From Octopus sinensis (taxonomy: Eukaryota): DNA of 24,060 nucleotides. The stretch lies in NCBI RefSeq assembly GCF_006345805.1, contig NW_021836473.1, positions 1 through 24,060 of the forward strand, written 5' to 3'. Shown here in pieces: positions 1 through 12,647 of the stretch. The notes below the pieces were generated by a model. The model did no database searches and was not told the origin of the DNA. It was given only the letters and a program-made list of their open reading frames with translations. Both the position numbers and the translations under genes were made by a program. Each line of letters begins with the position of its first letter. The first letter of the stretch is position 1.

Positions 1-596
1 TACATACACACATCCGCATACAATCGCAGACAAGTACAGGTACATGAAACAAAGTACTTAGCTTGTGTACGTTGATTACCGTGTTTATAAAGCGAACCTA
101 AAATCCTCGTATGTTTGTATAAAAAGAAGGAACGGTTTGCACAGACTTTTGGTCTTCAGGCATTGTTAATGTCGTAAATGTAATTTCGCGTAAATTGCTT
201 GTAAATTTACTTTTCATTATTACGGTCCTCTCATTATTAACCAGTTTATTTCTCCAAACAAATTACAATCAACTTAACTAGAAATCCCTACTTTTCTGTT
301 TAACCATTATAAAGATATAGCGTGTGATAACGTCGCTATTGTATAAATGTGTACAGAGGACAGTTGAACGTGTGATAATAAAATATGATTTAAATAGCTT
401 TTGATTTTATCTGTCTACATCCGTTGATTATTCTAAAAACACACTTCTCAAAGCATATATTGAATATTAAAATTTATACAAATACATCCACTCGTATGAT
501 TTAAACGTGAATTAATGTTTTTGCAACATAATTCGAATATGTAAAATAGAAAATTGTCCTGAAACTTGCCTTATTATTATTATTATTATTTTTTTT

Positions 597-981
597 TTCT
601 CTTTTACTTCTTTCAGTCATTTGACTGCGGCCATGCTGGAGCACCGCCTTTAATCGAGTAACTCGACCCCCGGGACTTATTCTTTTGTAAGCCCAGCACT
701 TATTCTATCGGTCTCTTTTTGCCGAACCGCTAAGTGACGGGGACGTAAACACACCAGCATCGGTTGTCAAGCAATGCTAGGGGGACAAACACAGACACAC
801 AAACACACACATGCATATATATATACATATATACGACGGGCTTCTTTCAGTTTCCGTCTACCAAATCCACTTACAAGACTTTGGTCGGCCCGAGGCTTTA
901 GTAGAAGACACTTGCTCAAGGTGCCACGCAGTGGGACTGAACCCGAAACCATATGGTTGGTAAACAAGCTACTTACCACAC
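597..981 (-). mobile_element. tRNA-headed SINE, family A (head slightly truncated)
   Basis: Reverse complement closely matches the copies at 2485, 6749 and 7647: B-box-like GGTTCAGTCCC, internal (TA/TG)n tract, 3' end CAGCATGGCCGCAGTCAAATGACTGAAA plus A-rich tail. Confidence 0.9.
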
Positions 982-1554
982 GTAATATAAATATAAATTT
1001 CGTATTTGGTTGGTAACTGGGGAAGCCAAGCTCGAAGAAACCAGATTGGTTATTATTGTCGTTGTTGTTCTTGCAATTATCAAATACGCTCACAACAGTA
1101 AGCCTACAAAAGCATGTAATTAATTTTACCGCGTTAAGTGAGGGCGCTGATCATAGAAAATAAATTAGAGAAAACGGTGTTAGAAGTAAGTTTAAATTCC
1201 TCAACAATACTGTCCGTGTAGAACACGAAAATCGCTAAGTGGATGGAAACGGTGGGTATGCTTTATTGAAGACCATCGTTCGCTGCACATGTGAACATGA
1301 TAACGAAACAACAACAACAATAACAACAACAAAATAAGCAATTATTCAGAATGCAATGAAAATAAAGTTTCTCTTAATCACAAAAGATAAATCTTCTTGG
1401 TCGTTATTATATCTTTGTGGCTTTCTTGAATTCTCTTTCACATTCTGCAGCTGCCACTCGGTGGCGTTGTACTTTCTCATTAAGTTTGCTCTTATGATTA
1501 GCATGATTTGGGAATTTCGGCAATATTTGGGACAGGTCGGAGATTGAATAATAC

Positions 1555-1676
1555 TAACAGCAGCAACAGGAGATGAAGTAGTAGCAATAGCAGTAGTAGT
1601 AGTAGTAGTAGTGGTGGTAGTGGTGGTGGTGTGGTGGTGTGGGTGGGGTGTGGGGTGGTGGTAGTGGTAGTAGTAT

Positions 1677-1713
<37 letters not shown>

Positions 1714-1961
1714 GGTGGTGGTGGTGGGGTTGTGGTAGTAGTGGTAGTGGTGGTGGTAGTAGTAGTAGCAGTAGTATATTAGTAGTAGTAGTATAGTGGT
1801 GGGTGGTGGGGTGGTGGTTGGTGGTAGTAGTAGTAGGTAGTGGTGGTGGTGGTGGTGGTAGGTAGTAGTAGTAGTAGTAGTAGGTAGTGGTAGGTGTGGG
1901 TTTGTATGGTGGTGGTAGTGGTAGTAGTAGTATATTAAGTAGGAGAAGTAGATAGTAGTAG

Positions 1962-2033
<72 letters not shown>

Positions 2034-2090
2034 GAGTAGTAGTAGTATAGTAGTTAGAGAGAAATTGATGATGATGTTGATTTGTTAGGA
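1555..2090. repeat. Compound (GTA)n/(GTG)n trinucleotide microsatellite
   Basis: Directly visible; frequent single-base interruptions of the triplet phase. Confidence 0.95.
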
Positions 2091-2484
2091 ACATTATTAC
2101 TACAGAGAGGATTAAGCGACAGCTTAGCAGAATTTATTGATGTTAGCTTATATATTATTTGCTTCAATTTCGGAATTTGTAATAATTTCATACTGAATAC
2201 CTTTAGCTGCTTTGTAAAGGTTATCAACCCCCTTACTATAGATCAAGATTAAGATGATATGGCTTACCGTTGTGAGAGAAACACGTTTCACATCTTTGTT
2301 CATTTGGTACAAATAGAACCGTTTTCATTTTCCTATTTAATCCAGTTTGTTGTTTCTGCCAGCATGAATCAGGTTAGATGATACCTCCGCAGAATTTCTC
2401 ATTGAAATCGTTGTTGTAATAATGAACCGTTTATACAGCATTAAGACAAAGTCGTACTACTGTTTTTTTAATTGTCTGCCAGAT

Positions 2485-2900
2485 AGGCGCAGGAGTGGCT
2501 GTGTGGTAAGTAGCTTGCTTACCAACCACATGGTTCCGGGTTCAGTCCCACTGTGTGGCATCTTGGGCAAGTGTCTTCTGTTATAGCCCCGGGCCGACCA
2601 ATGCCTTGTGAGTGGATTTGGTAGACGTAAACTGAAAGAAGCCTCTCGTATATATGTATGTATGTATGTGTGTATATGCTTGTGTGTCTGTGTTTGTCCT
2701 CCTAGCATTGCTTGACAACCTATGCTGGTGTGTTTACGTCCCCGTCACATAGCGGTTCGGCAAAAAAGACCGATAGAATAAGTACTGGGCTTACAAAGAA
2801 TAAGTCCCGGGGTCGATTTGCTCGACTAAAGGCGGTGCTCCAGCATGGCCGCAGTCAAATGACTGAAACAAGTAAAAAGAGTAAATAAGTAAATGAGTAA
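2485..2900 (+). mobile_element. tRNA-headed SINE, family A, full length
   Basis: Head AGGCGCAGGAGTGGCTGTGTGG (A-box-like), GGTTCAGTCCC (B-box-like), CORE-like TTGGGCAAGTG segment, internal microsatellite, tail (GAGTAAA)-like repeats. Confidence 0.92.
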
Positions 2901-4120
2901 CTAGGAGAAAACTGCTGAAAGTTTAGCCAAGTCTCATGAAACTTCTTTCAGCTGAACCATTAGATTTTTGATTGTAAAGTAAAACTTTTTCTTGTCGATT
3001 TGACAAGATTTTCTTGTAACCAAGTCGATTTGACCACTCTTTCAATAAAGCCAGTTCTGTTCCAGTGTCTGATAACAATGTCAATGGAACACAACTATAG
3101 AAAAGATTATAAATAAGATATTTCTTTATATTTTATGAGTCCCTTCAGAAAAAGCGACTAAATAATTGACTGAGTCAATTACAGTAAGTCGCTCCCAGCA
3201 TTTTGTGCATATCACTAACTCATATAAATAATCTTTCCCAAGGCCGTATCTCTAAATATGATTTTAGTGTGTCACAAGATCCCAATTATTCTCGATTTTC
3301 TACTAAGACCAAGCAACTAAAATCTCAAGTCCTTAGTTTCTCCAGCCTTCATTGTATATTCGTGTGTTTATCATGAATTGCGAAAAGAACTTTTGCATGA
3401 GACTGTTCAGCCATAAAGAGCCTGTTTTGTTAAATAATAAGATCATTCCCTACATTCTGTTCAAACGAATGTTTGACTATATGACATTTTAGGCAAGTTA
3501 CACTAGATTAGTGTATCTTTGAGTTCCAGGTCATATATGCCTTACCATGTGGTCTCAAGTTTCCGCCTTTCTATCACACTACAATTTTGATTTGTTACAT
3601 AGCAGTCCTTTTGTTCCATTAAATTTTTATAGCAGTAATTATTGAAGAAACTTATGAGATGAATTACTTTATAATCGCGTTATAAAATGGCGTTTTGGTT
3701 TAGTGTTAAATATGTCGTTGGGAGGGCCATAAGCAATTTATTGTGTCAGAACAAAAAGAGATGACAATGAAGAAATTGTAATAACTCCAAAAATTCCATC
3801 TTATTTAATGCTCTCTTTGTTGTGTGTGAAGAGAAACTAAACTAGCATACTGAGGAATAAATCCAATCAGTTTTGCTCGAAGGTCACCGAGCTTACAAAT
3901 GTTGAGAAATTCCCGTGGTTTTGGTCAATATATACGCAATAACACGAAAGGTACATGCAACCATGTTGTTGAGAAAACATAAATATCCTATTACGATGTG
4001 TGCATTTTTAAACCTCAATAATCGAATAGGGCCAAAACTAGACGAAGTCTAAAAGCAGCAGACTTTCGTGAACCGTTAGCACGTAATCGTCCTTAGAATT
4101 ACACATATAGGTTTTTCATT

Positions 4121-4233
4121 ACACACACACACACAAACACACAAAGACATTCACACACACTCACACACACACACATACACACAAAGACATTCACACACAC
4201 TCATACACACACTCACACACATACACACACACA

Positions 4234-4271
<38 letters not shown>

Positions 4272-4272
4272 T
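4121..4272. repeat. (CA)n/(CT)n microsatellite with a duplicated ~40-50 bp unit containing CACAAAGACATTCACAC
   Basis: Directly visible. Confidence 0.9.
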
Positions 4273-4834
4273 ATAACATAGCTAGGGGTAAAATCCAAAC
4301 TGTGTCCTCTTGAAATACATCTGCTTATTCCAGTACACCAAAGTCGTATGTAGACGCTAAATTTGTATGAGTTACACACACATACACACACGTGTGTGTG
4401 TATACACTGTTTTGCATATAGCCATAGACAGCGATTTAGCTTCTCGCGTACGTGGTATTGATAAGTCATAGAGATGGCGAGACATCGACGTCTGTCGCAC
4501 CTGACTTCCAGGTGTTTTGACGCCAGGCTAACTGATGAGAATATATTCTCTTACGCCTGTAATCGCAGCTTCTCACGAACTGGTAAATCGCATAACTTGT
4601 GTATATGTGTTTGATATTGCGTGGGTGTATATATATATATGTGTCTGTGTGTTGCGTGTGTATGCGTTTTTGATTTTATTTCATTGAATTTATCCACTTT
4701 TTGTGTATCTAGTACTTGCTTCTTCTTTTAGAGGTCTTTTAATGTACTTTATATTGAATACATATAGCCTAATCGCTAACATGTCTTTTGTGCTAGATCA
4801 CACCGTTAATAATAATTTATTTTATTACCTTTTA

Positions 4835-5048
4835 CTATGTATATATATTTAGATTATATAGATATATATATATAATTATATATAATATATAATATATATA
4901 TATTATATATATATATATAGTATATATATGTATATATATTTGAAGAATAGCTGTTTAACTGCTATTTCTAAATTTTCGTTTGTGTGGTGATGCAACTTTT
5001 TGCTAAACCCTTATTATATTTATATGTATATACATGTATATACTATAT

Positions 5049-5119
<71 letters not shown>

Positions 5120-5173
5120 TATATATATACGTATATATCTGTATTAATGTGTATTATACATATATCTATATAC

Positions 5174-5218
<45 letters not shown>

Positions 5219-5260
5219 ATAATGATGATATATATATATATATAATATATATATAGATAA
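4835..5260. repeat. (TA)n-rich microsatellite block
   Basis: Directly visible. Confidence 0.9.
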
Positions 5261-5264
5261 GTAT

Positions 5265-5310
5265 TTTTTTCATGTCAATTCATAGCTGCGGCCATGCTGG
5301 GCTCACCGTT
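5265..5310 (-). mobile_element. SINE family A 3' tail fragment
   Basis: GCTGCGGCCATGCTGG is a close reverse-complement match to the family tail motif. Confidence 0.6.
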
Positions 5311-5462
5311 TTACTGTACTGTTATTATTGAGAGCCTACCCTAATACGTGCCACTTTGATGACCCAGACCTCATTTGCACCACCTACCGTGAGGTGGTTC
5401 ATCTGGGACTCTCGATAGAAAGAGATCCAGTTTTGATTTGAAAACACCTACATCCACTTTGT

Positions 5463-5557
5463 ACATCCAGCATGGCCGCAGTCAAATGACTGAAACCAGC
5501 AAAAGAATAAAATAATAAAATAATGTTTGTGTTTGTGTGTGTTTGTGTGTGTGTGTT

Positions 5558-5598
<41 letters not shown>

Positions 5599-5810
5599 GA
5601 GTGTATGTGTCCAACCTCCGCTTGACAAATGGTGTTGGTATTTCTACGTTCCCGTAACCTAGCGGTTCGGCAAAAGACACCGACAGAGTAAGCACCAAGC
5701 TTTTCGAAAAACTAATAAGTAGTGGGATCGATTCGTTCGACTAAAATTCTTCAAGACGGTGCCCCAGCGTGGCTGCAGTCTAATGACTGAAACAAGTAAA
5801 AGATAAAAGT
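5463..5810 (+). mobile_element. SINE family A-related 3' fragments (short tail, then a diverged 3' half starting in a (TG)n tract)
   Basis: CCAGCATGGCCGCAGTCAAATGACTGAAA at ~5467; diverged body AGCGGTTCGGCAAAAG...GACTGAAACAAGTAAAAGATAAAAG ending ~5810. Confidence 0.8.
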
Positions 5811-5911
5811 TTATTAAAAAAGTTAAATAAACAGGAAAAGCAATACGAAAAATGAAGAGAAAAGATGTTTTTTTTATGAGTTTATCAATTAGAATTATCA
5901 GGGCGGTGGGA

Positions 5912-6290
5912 TAAGGCGGTGAGCTGGCAGAGTCGCTAGCCTAGAGGCATTTTCGCCGGTTTTTATGTTCCGAGTTCAAATTCCGCCGAAGTCGACTTTG
6001 CCTCTCATCATTCCGAAGTCGATAAAAAAATGTCACAGTTAAGCATTGGAGTTGATGTGATTGACAAATCTATTCCACCAAAATTTCGGGCTTTTGTACC
6101 TATAGTAGACAGGACTATTAGAATGAAATAGAGTCGTTAGAGAGTCAGGCAGAATACCATGCGATATAAGTTCTAGCTCCTTACGTTCTGAATTCAAATC
6201 CCGCCAAGTGCAATTCCGGTGTCAATAAAATAAAAATAAAGTACCAGTAATACACTGGGGTCATTTAATTGACAAATCACTATCCCACCC
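5912..6290 (+). mobile_element. Two degenerate tandem copies of SINE family B
   Basis: AAGGCGGTGAGCTGGCAGA...GAGTTCAAATTCCGCCGAAGTCGACTTTGCC at 5915-6002; second decayed copy TTACGTTCTGAATTCAAATCCCGCC at ~6181. Both resemble 8441-8668. Confidence 0.75.
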
Positions 6291-6748
6291 GAAATGATTA
6301 TATTTTGTAGTAAAATGATCCAAGGGGAATTTCTCTTTCGACACGATGATATGAATTTAGATATTTTTGACGACATAAGAATTATATAAACTTTTGCGAG
6401 AACTGATTGAGAATTCTTTTCTTGGAGTACTTTATCTCGAAGCACATACATAATGCTAGAAATAACAACTTGTAAATATTGAAAATATTTCTCTCGTAAG
6501 CTTATAAAATTCTTATGACGTCATACAACATATGATCATCGCTGGTTAGGATAAATCTTCTAAAGTGAGTTGAGAAATTCGAAGGATTGCTTTGGAACAA
6601 TGAGAACGCCTGCCTATAGGTGTGGGTTCGGGGCTCTCGACTTTTTCAGGCTAAAAGGTTTTTTCAGCCGGATATTTACATGCCATTATTTATAGTTTTA
6701 TGTATGTGCTTCGAGATATACTGTTCCAAATATATATACATATAGTCC

Positions 6749-7160
6749 CAGGAGTGGCTGTGTGGTAAGTACCTTGCTTACCAACCACATGGTTCCGGGT
6801 TCAGTCCCACTGCGAGGCATCTTGGGCAAGTGTCTTCTACTATAGCCTCGGGCTGACCAAGAGTTGAGTGGATTTGGTAGACGGAAACTGAAAGAAGCCT
6901 GTCGTATATATGTATATATATGTGTATGTATGTGTGGTATTTTTTGTGTGTCTGTGTTTGTCCCTCTAGCATTGCTTGACAACCTATGCTGGTGTGTTTA
7001 CGTCCCCGTAACTTAGCGGTTCGGCAAAGAGAGCCGATAAAATAAGTACTGGGCTTACAAAGAATAAGTCCCGGGGTCGATTTGCTCGACTAAAGGCGGT
7101 GCTCCAGCATGGCCGCAGTCAAATGATGAAACAAGTAAAAGACTATAGAGTAAAAGAGTA
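6749..7160 (+). mobile_element. tRNA-headed SINE, family A, near full length
   Basis: High identity to 2485-2900 along its length. Confidence 0.92.
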
Positions 7161-7179
7161 TGAAAATTACCAACACACA

Positions 7180-8165
7180 AGATGAAATCAGAGCAGGTTT
7201 TGACGTGGCCGAGGCGGCAGAGATTAAATTTTTGCATTGAGACGGATTCTGGAAAAATGTTTCTGCCAACAGTGCCAACAATGAATTTTAAAAAATAAGA
7301 TATCTGATTCTGTCGTTTGCAACACACTTTGAGATATAATGCTCGCAGATGAATTAGCTGTGAAATCGCGAAATCTGATTAGAAAATAATACAGCTTTTC
7401 ATGAACAAAGAATCACGATTAAGTGAAGAATACTAGTTCTTCGAAATCCTTTGAGGAATGTGACAGGATTGCGCTCCATCTCCGGTGCTGGTGTCTCGCC
7501 ATCTTAAAGGGTTCTCAACATATTCACTGATGCGACTCTTACTAAGGTCGCCCGTTCAAATATCTTTGCATTATCTTAATAAGTAGAGTCTAGATCCAGA
7601 TGGATGATTAATGTAGCGACAGAAATTCGTAGCAACAGAATTTCACGGCTGTGTGGTAAGTAGCTTGCTAACCAACCACATGGTTCCGGGTTCAGTCCCA
7701 CTGCGTGGCATCTTGGGCAAGTGTCTTCTGCTATAGCCTCGGGCCGACCAATGCCTTGTGAGTGAATTTGGTAGACGGAAACTGAAAGAAGCCTGTCGTA
7801 TATATGTATATATATATATGTATGTGTGTGTATATGTTTGTGTGTCTGTGTTTGTCCCCCTAGCATTGCTTGACAACCGATGCTGGTGTGTTTACGTCCC
7901 CTTCACTTAGCGGTTCGGCAAAAGAGACCGATACTGGGCTTACAAAGAATAAGTCCCGGGGTCGATTTGCTCGACTAAAGGCGGTGCTCCAGCATGGCCG
8001 CAGTCAAATGACTGAAACAAGTAAAAGAGAGTAAAGAGTATGTACCAAGCACTCGTGCGTACCATATCGCTCTGTGGCTGACTGCAATACATGGCCAATA
8101 AGAGCAGCAGACTTACGAAGACTGGAAGCATCTAATCACTTTTGCCTTCGCCAGCGTCTCTGTTA
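7180..8165 (+). pseudogene. Degenerate RTE-type LINE reverse transcriptase remnant, interrupted by the SINE at 7647-8040
   Basis: Manual translation across frameshifts and stops gives AGF.RGRGGRD*IFALRRILEKC (7193-7260), DSVVCNTL*DIM..., then YQALVRTISLCG / CNTWPIRAADLRRLEASNHFCLRQ (8043-8155). These resemble the QAGFRxGRGCxDQIFxLR and YQAxVRxxLLYGCETW...RRLxxFxHxCLR motifs of RTE-clade RTs. Confidence 0.7.
7647..8040 (+). mobile_element. tRNA-headed SINE, family A (5' ~12 nt missing)
   Basis: High identity to the other family A copies; small deletion near 7930. Confidence 0.92.
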
Positions 8166-8440
8166 TGGCTTCCATATTGAGCCAAACTCCCACAGTCCGT
8201 CATTGTTTCCGAAGTGATTCCTTTCGACAACTCTTGCACAAAAGGACCCCCTCCCCCCACCCACTTTTAGTTTGATCCGCAATGGAATTACACAAGAGCC
8301 CTTCCCGTGATGCGAAAACGACAAAGAACCTAACTGAAGAAAAGAAAGAAAAAAAGGGGGTTAGGACGCTGAAGTGGGATCTCCTATTGATTTTTGGTCC
8401 TCGTGCCTAAGATGTCTGTTATTGGTATCACGAGTGATAA

Positions 8441-8668
8441 GGCGGCGAGCTGGCAGAAACGTTAGCACGCCGGGCGAAATGCGTAGCCGTATTCGTCTGC
8501 CGTTACGTTCTGAGTTCAAATTCCGCCGAGGTCGACTTTGCCTTTCATCCTTTCGGGGTCGATAAATTAAGTACCAGTTACGCACTGGGGTCGATGTAAT
8601 CGACTTAATACCTGTCTGTCGTTGTTTGTCCCCTCTATGTTTAGCCCCTTGTGGGTAATAAAGAAATA
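8441..8668 (+). mobile_element. tRNA-headed SINE, family B, with 15-bp target-site duplication
   Basis: GGCGGCGAGCTGGCAGAA (A-box-like), GAGTTCAAATTCC (B-box). TSD GGTATCACGAGTGAT (8424-8438) / GGTATCACGACTGAT (8669-8683), one mismatch. Confidence 0.9.
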
Positions 8669-8895
8669 GGTATCACGACTGATTTGCGTTTTCTGAGATC
8701 GCCGGGCATTTATCGACCAGCTTCAATTCCTGCCGCGTGAACACTTGCCCAATTACCGTGACTCAAAGAATAGTTTTCAAATATTTCGCGTTCTACTGAT
8801 GGAAATTTGCTGCAAAAACTTTATGACGGGATAGCATATGAAGAATATCTGATGTTTACCGACCCAGTTGTGTATTAGAATATAAGCGTTAAAAT

Positions 8896-9149
8896 ATGAA
8901 TGAGCGAGAGAGAGAGAGAGAGAGGGAGAGAGAGAGAGAGAGAAAGGAAGGAAGGAAGGGAAAGAGAACTAGAAAGAGAGAGAAAGAGTGGGAAAGAGAA
9001 CTAGAGAGAGAGGGGGAAGGGATAAAGAGAACGAGAGAGAGAGAGAAAGGAAGGAAGGAAGGAAGGAAGGAAGGAAGGGAAAGAGAACTAGAAAGAGAGA
9101 GAAAGAGTGGGAAAGAGAACTAGAGAGAGGGGGGAAGGGATAAAGAGAG

Positions 9150-9181
<32 letters not shown>

Positions 9182-9412
9182 GGAAGGAAGGAAGGAAGGG
9201 AAAGATAACTAGAAAGAGAGAGAAAGAGTGGGAAAGAGAACTAGAGAGAGAGAGAGGGGAAGGGCTAAAGAGAACGAGAGAGAGAGATAGAAAGGGCGGG
9301 AAAGAGAATTAGAGTGATAGAAAGAGGGATAACGAGACTGAGAGAGAGAGAGAGAGAGAAAGGGAGGGAAAAGAACTAAAGAGATAAAGTGAAGGACAAA
9401 GAGAACGAGAAT

Positions 9413-9448
<36 letters not shown>

Positions 9449-9568
9449 AAGAGAGGGAAAGAGAGAGAGAAAGAGAGAGAGAGAAAGATAGAAAGAGAGA
9501 GAGAAAGAGAAGAGAGAAGGAGAGAGAGAAGAGAGAGAGAAAGAGAGAGAGAAAGAGAGAGAAGAGTT

Positions 9569-9599
<31 letters not shown>

Positions 9600-9665
9600 A
9601 AAAAGAGAGAAAGAGAGAGAAAGAGAGAAAGAGAGAAAGAGAGAGAGAGAGAGAGAAAGAGAGAT
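8896..9665. repeat. (GA)n/(GGAA)n purine tract with a ~120-bp higher-order unit present three times
   Basis: Unit GGAAAGAGAACTAGAAAGAGAGAGAAAGAGTGGGAAAGAGAACTAG starts at ~8959, ~9078 and ~9199. Confidence 0.92.
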
Positions 9666-10234
9666 GGAGAGCGCGTTGGAAACATTGATGTCTTTGGCCA
9701 ATGTCATTAGCAACATAAGAAATGGGACTTTACGTAATCCGAGAATCAGAAATTAGTTTGCATTATTGAATCGCCAAGAGATTACAGCTTGCTCAATGGC
9801 GCCTGCCAGGCATAAAAATCATATCCATTATTGTTATATTAGTTGTATACAGTTTTATCAACGACGATTGTTTCAAAGAAGAAAACATGCGATAAAATAT
9901 GACACTTTTTTTTTGTTGTTGTTATTATAATTGCATGACAAAGTAAAAATAATAAAAACTAAATCAAATATTTTTGCTACAACAATATGTCGTCTGATTT
10001 CATTCGGATTATAACCTTTCTATTTTAAGTTTCTTTCTTAAGCGTTTAATAACAACCTGTCTTCATTTATCTCAAAGAGATGGCTGCGTAAAGTCGGATG
10101 TATTTCTGGCTTTTTTTTTAAAAAAAAGTTGTTTTTTTTATAGATAACAATTACTCGTAAACTAAGCAGAAACGATTAGAAAACAACAGAAAAACTGGCT
10201 GAAATATCTTGCATTTGTTATTTTTATATTTTTA

Positions 10235-10745
10235 CTAGCAGTATCGCCCGGCGTTGCTCGGGTTTGTAAGGGAAATAACTATATAAGCATTTTGAGAGTT
10301 TACTTCCCTTATATATGCCAATTCGGGCTTCTTAGCCATTTCTGTTTTGGTGTCTTCAAGCCATGAAGTCGTTGTTCTAAAAGAACGCTGGTCTCCTTGA
10401 CAACGCTTTACGACGTTGATTTCCTTACACTTCCCTTCCCCACAGCTTCACGAGGGAGGGAAGAAGGGGAGAAGCAAACAGTGTGCAGGTGTGACCGTGG
10501 ACGCCAACTCCGCCGCCTCGACACACGAAAAATTATGCATTAAAATGGAATAAAAAATTATGTTAAATTATTTTTAAAATCGTAGACTCATCGTAGACGC
10601 GCGCTAATACTCAGACGGGCTCGATATGAATCACGACTATAAGATACCCGAATTTGGTTAAACTGCACCGCAAAATGTGGGTGTAGTTAGGAATCTAAAT
10701 CGAAGGGGACAAACACTCACACAACTACAGTTTTATATATATAGA
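10235..10745 (-). mobile_element. Non-autonomous Helitron (~511 bp)
   Basis: Minus strand starts TCTATATATATAAAA after an A and ends CCCGAGCAACGCCGGG hairpin + 8 nt + CTAG followed by T. These are the canonical Helitron 5'-TC / hairpin-CTAG-3' ends in an A|T target. Confidence 0.85.
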
Positions 10746-12504
10746 TATGATGAGTTCAAAACCAGCCTGAGTTTTTGTATTGTGTGACATCCCTGCTCAG
10801 AAGATTGGTTTCAGAGGACCTACGAAGGCTATGACTATTGTCTCTTCCTCCTGAAGAAAGCCACCCCTCCAAAAAAAAATCTGAAATAAGTACCAGTATT
10901 AGATACAAGTCTCTTAATTTAAACTGATGGATCTCCCTGGAAAAAACGTCATGTCTTCAGTCAAGAGAAGCCAGTACCCACAATCTAGACAATAGATTCA
11001 TCTGGGTTTAACAAAATACTTTACATTTTCTTTTTCAGACCATAAACATTGGGTTTAACGAACATGTTTTTCATGTCAATATTTGTATTGTTGGCATGCA
11101 TATGTATTCGTATGCACGTGTCTATGTATATGTGTAAGTGAGCGTGTATGTTTATACTTACGCACATACATACATGGATGTAGATGTATGCATGCAAACA
11201 CTTGAATTTGTGTGGATATGTATTTACGTACTTGTCTCTATATATTTATATATGTGTCCTTATATGTGTATTTGCTACAAATATACACTTTTATATACAC
11301 ATGTATACGTAATTTTATTTTGTGAACGTTCGTTACGCATAGTCAGACTTCTTTCTTTCTTCCTTTCTTTCCTTATTTTTTCCTCTCCCTATTCGTTACT
11401 TGTATTGAGTCCTGTAACTTTACGCCCCCCTCCCCTTCTCTTACTCACGTCTTTAGCTTTCTGTTGCTTATAAGATCGTTACCTTTTCTTTTTCTTCCCC
11501 CTCTCTGCGTTTTACTTCTAGTCTATATGTATACACCAAGTGATTTTTGCATGCGAGCAAGATTGCGTATACATATGTATACGTGTATTTGTGTGTATAT
11601 TTTCGTTTTGCATTTATATATCTGCATACGTATGTGGTCTGTGTACATCTATCTGTGTATTTTGATGTATATATGTATATTGATGGTTTAGTATGAGTAT
11701 ATACTGTTGTGAAATATTTTAATATATTTTAATTTTAATCTTTATGTATTAATTGTATTAATCGAATTGTATTAATCGAGTTATATTTTCTATATAATTA
11801 ATGACAATATGTATTCTGAATCCGCTCTTCGATTTCAGGTTTTTCCTCGATTTTTTATAATCTATATTGAATTCATTTATTTTGTTTATCGCTTGCCTAA
11901 GACCGTTATTTGAAAGGACCAATGAAACAAATCCATTTTTTAAAGGTGTATCCTTTAACTAGTTCTGATCAAATTGTTATTTCGGTTCTATTTTAACAAA
12001 ACTGTCCGGGAAGCAAGAGGTACGTATAACATTTGCAAATCTATTTAATGGAGTGTTGCGCCGAGGACGTGAATGAATTGATTTATAATTCTAACCCAGA
12101 AACGCGTCCGTAACTAACCGAAGACTTTGTTTTCGCTATTTTTCCTTCTGTTTTACACATGTAAGTTACATGTATATATTATATGTGGAGTTATATTTGT
12201 AGTAAATAGAAATAAGCGGTCTTCAGCTGCTATTTCTAATTTTTCGGTATGTGGCTAAGCAACCTGTTGCTTGCCCTTTTTATTTATTTATATGTATGTG
12301 TATATATATATATATATATATCATCAATGTATTATATATACGAAAAAGAAGCATATATATACACACACACAAATACAGATATTCATGCACACATACACAC
12401 ACATATGTAGATAGAAGGAAAGAAAATTATGCAGTAGCCTTCAGAGAGCGACGCCAACGTTTCCGGTACATGCGCACTCGCTCGCGTTAGTGTTAGTGAC
12501 CACC

Positions 12505-12607
12505 CATACACCACTTCAACCACCACTACCACTACCACCATCACTACCACAACCACCACTACCGCCTCCACCACGAGCATCACAGCCTTCTTCCTCCTCC
12601 TCCTCCT

Positions 12608-12647
<40 letters not shown>

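Noticed and set aside
767-1093. Recurrent MLGGQTQTH... and MSSNARGTNTD... ORFs (774, 2457, 6698, 6778, 7576, 7643)
   Set aside because: They are reading frames through SINE family A copies, not genes.
1498-2094. 198-aa ORF, and similar long ORFs at 8896-9716, 12383-13494 and 20729-21478
   Set aside because: Translations of tri- and dinucleotide microsatellites (poly-L/T/H/S/I, ER/SL repeats); no domain content.
3000-3600. Possible very old minus-strand LINE remnant (LGS-like and LY-like words)
   Set aside because: Motifs too fragmentary to support without a TBLASTN or HMM search.
4532-4550. CTGATGAG followed by the 14-bp palindrome GAGAATATATTCTC
   Set aside because: No GAAA, stem III or cleavage triplet follows; not a supportable hammerhead.
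10795-10855. Minus-strand AGAG...CTCT-GAAAC resembling hammerhead stem II
   Set aside because: The core reads CAGGAGGA and stem III/NUH does not pair; too degenerate.
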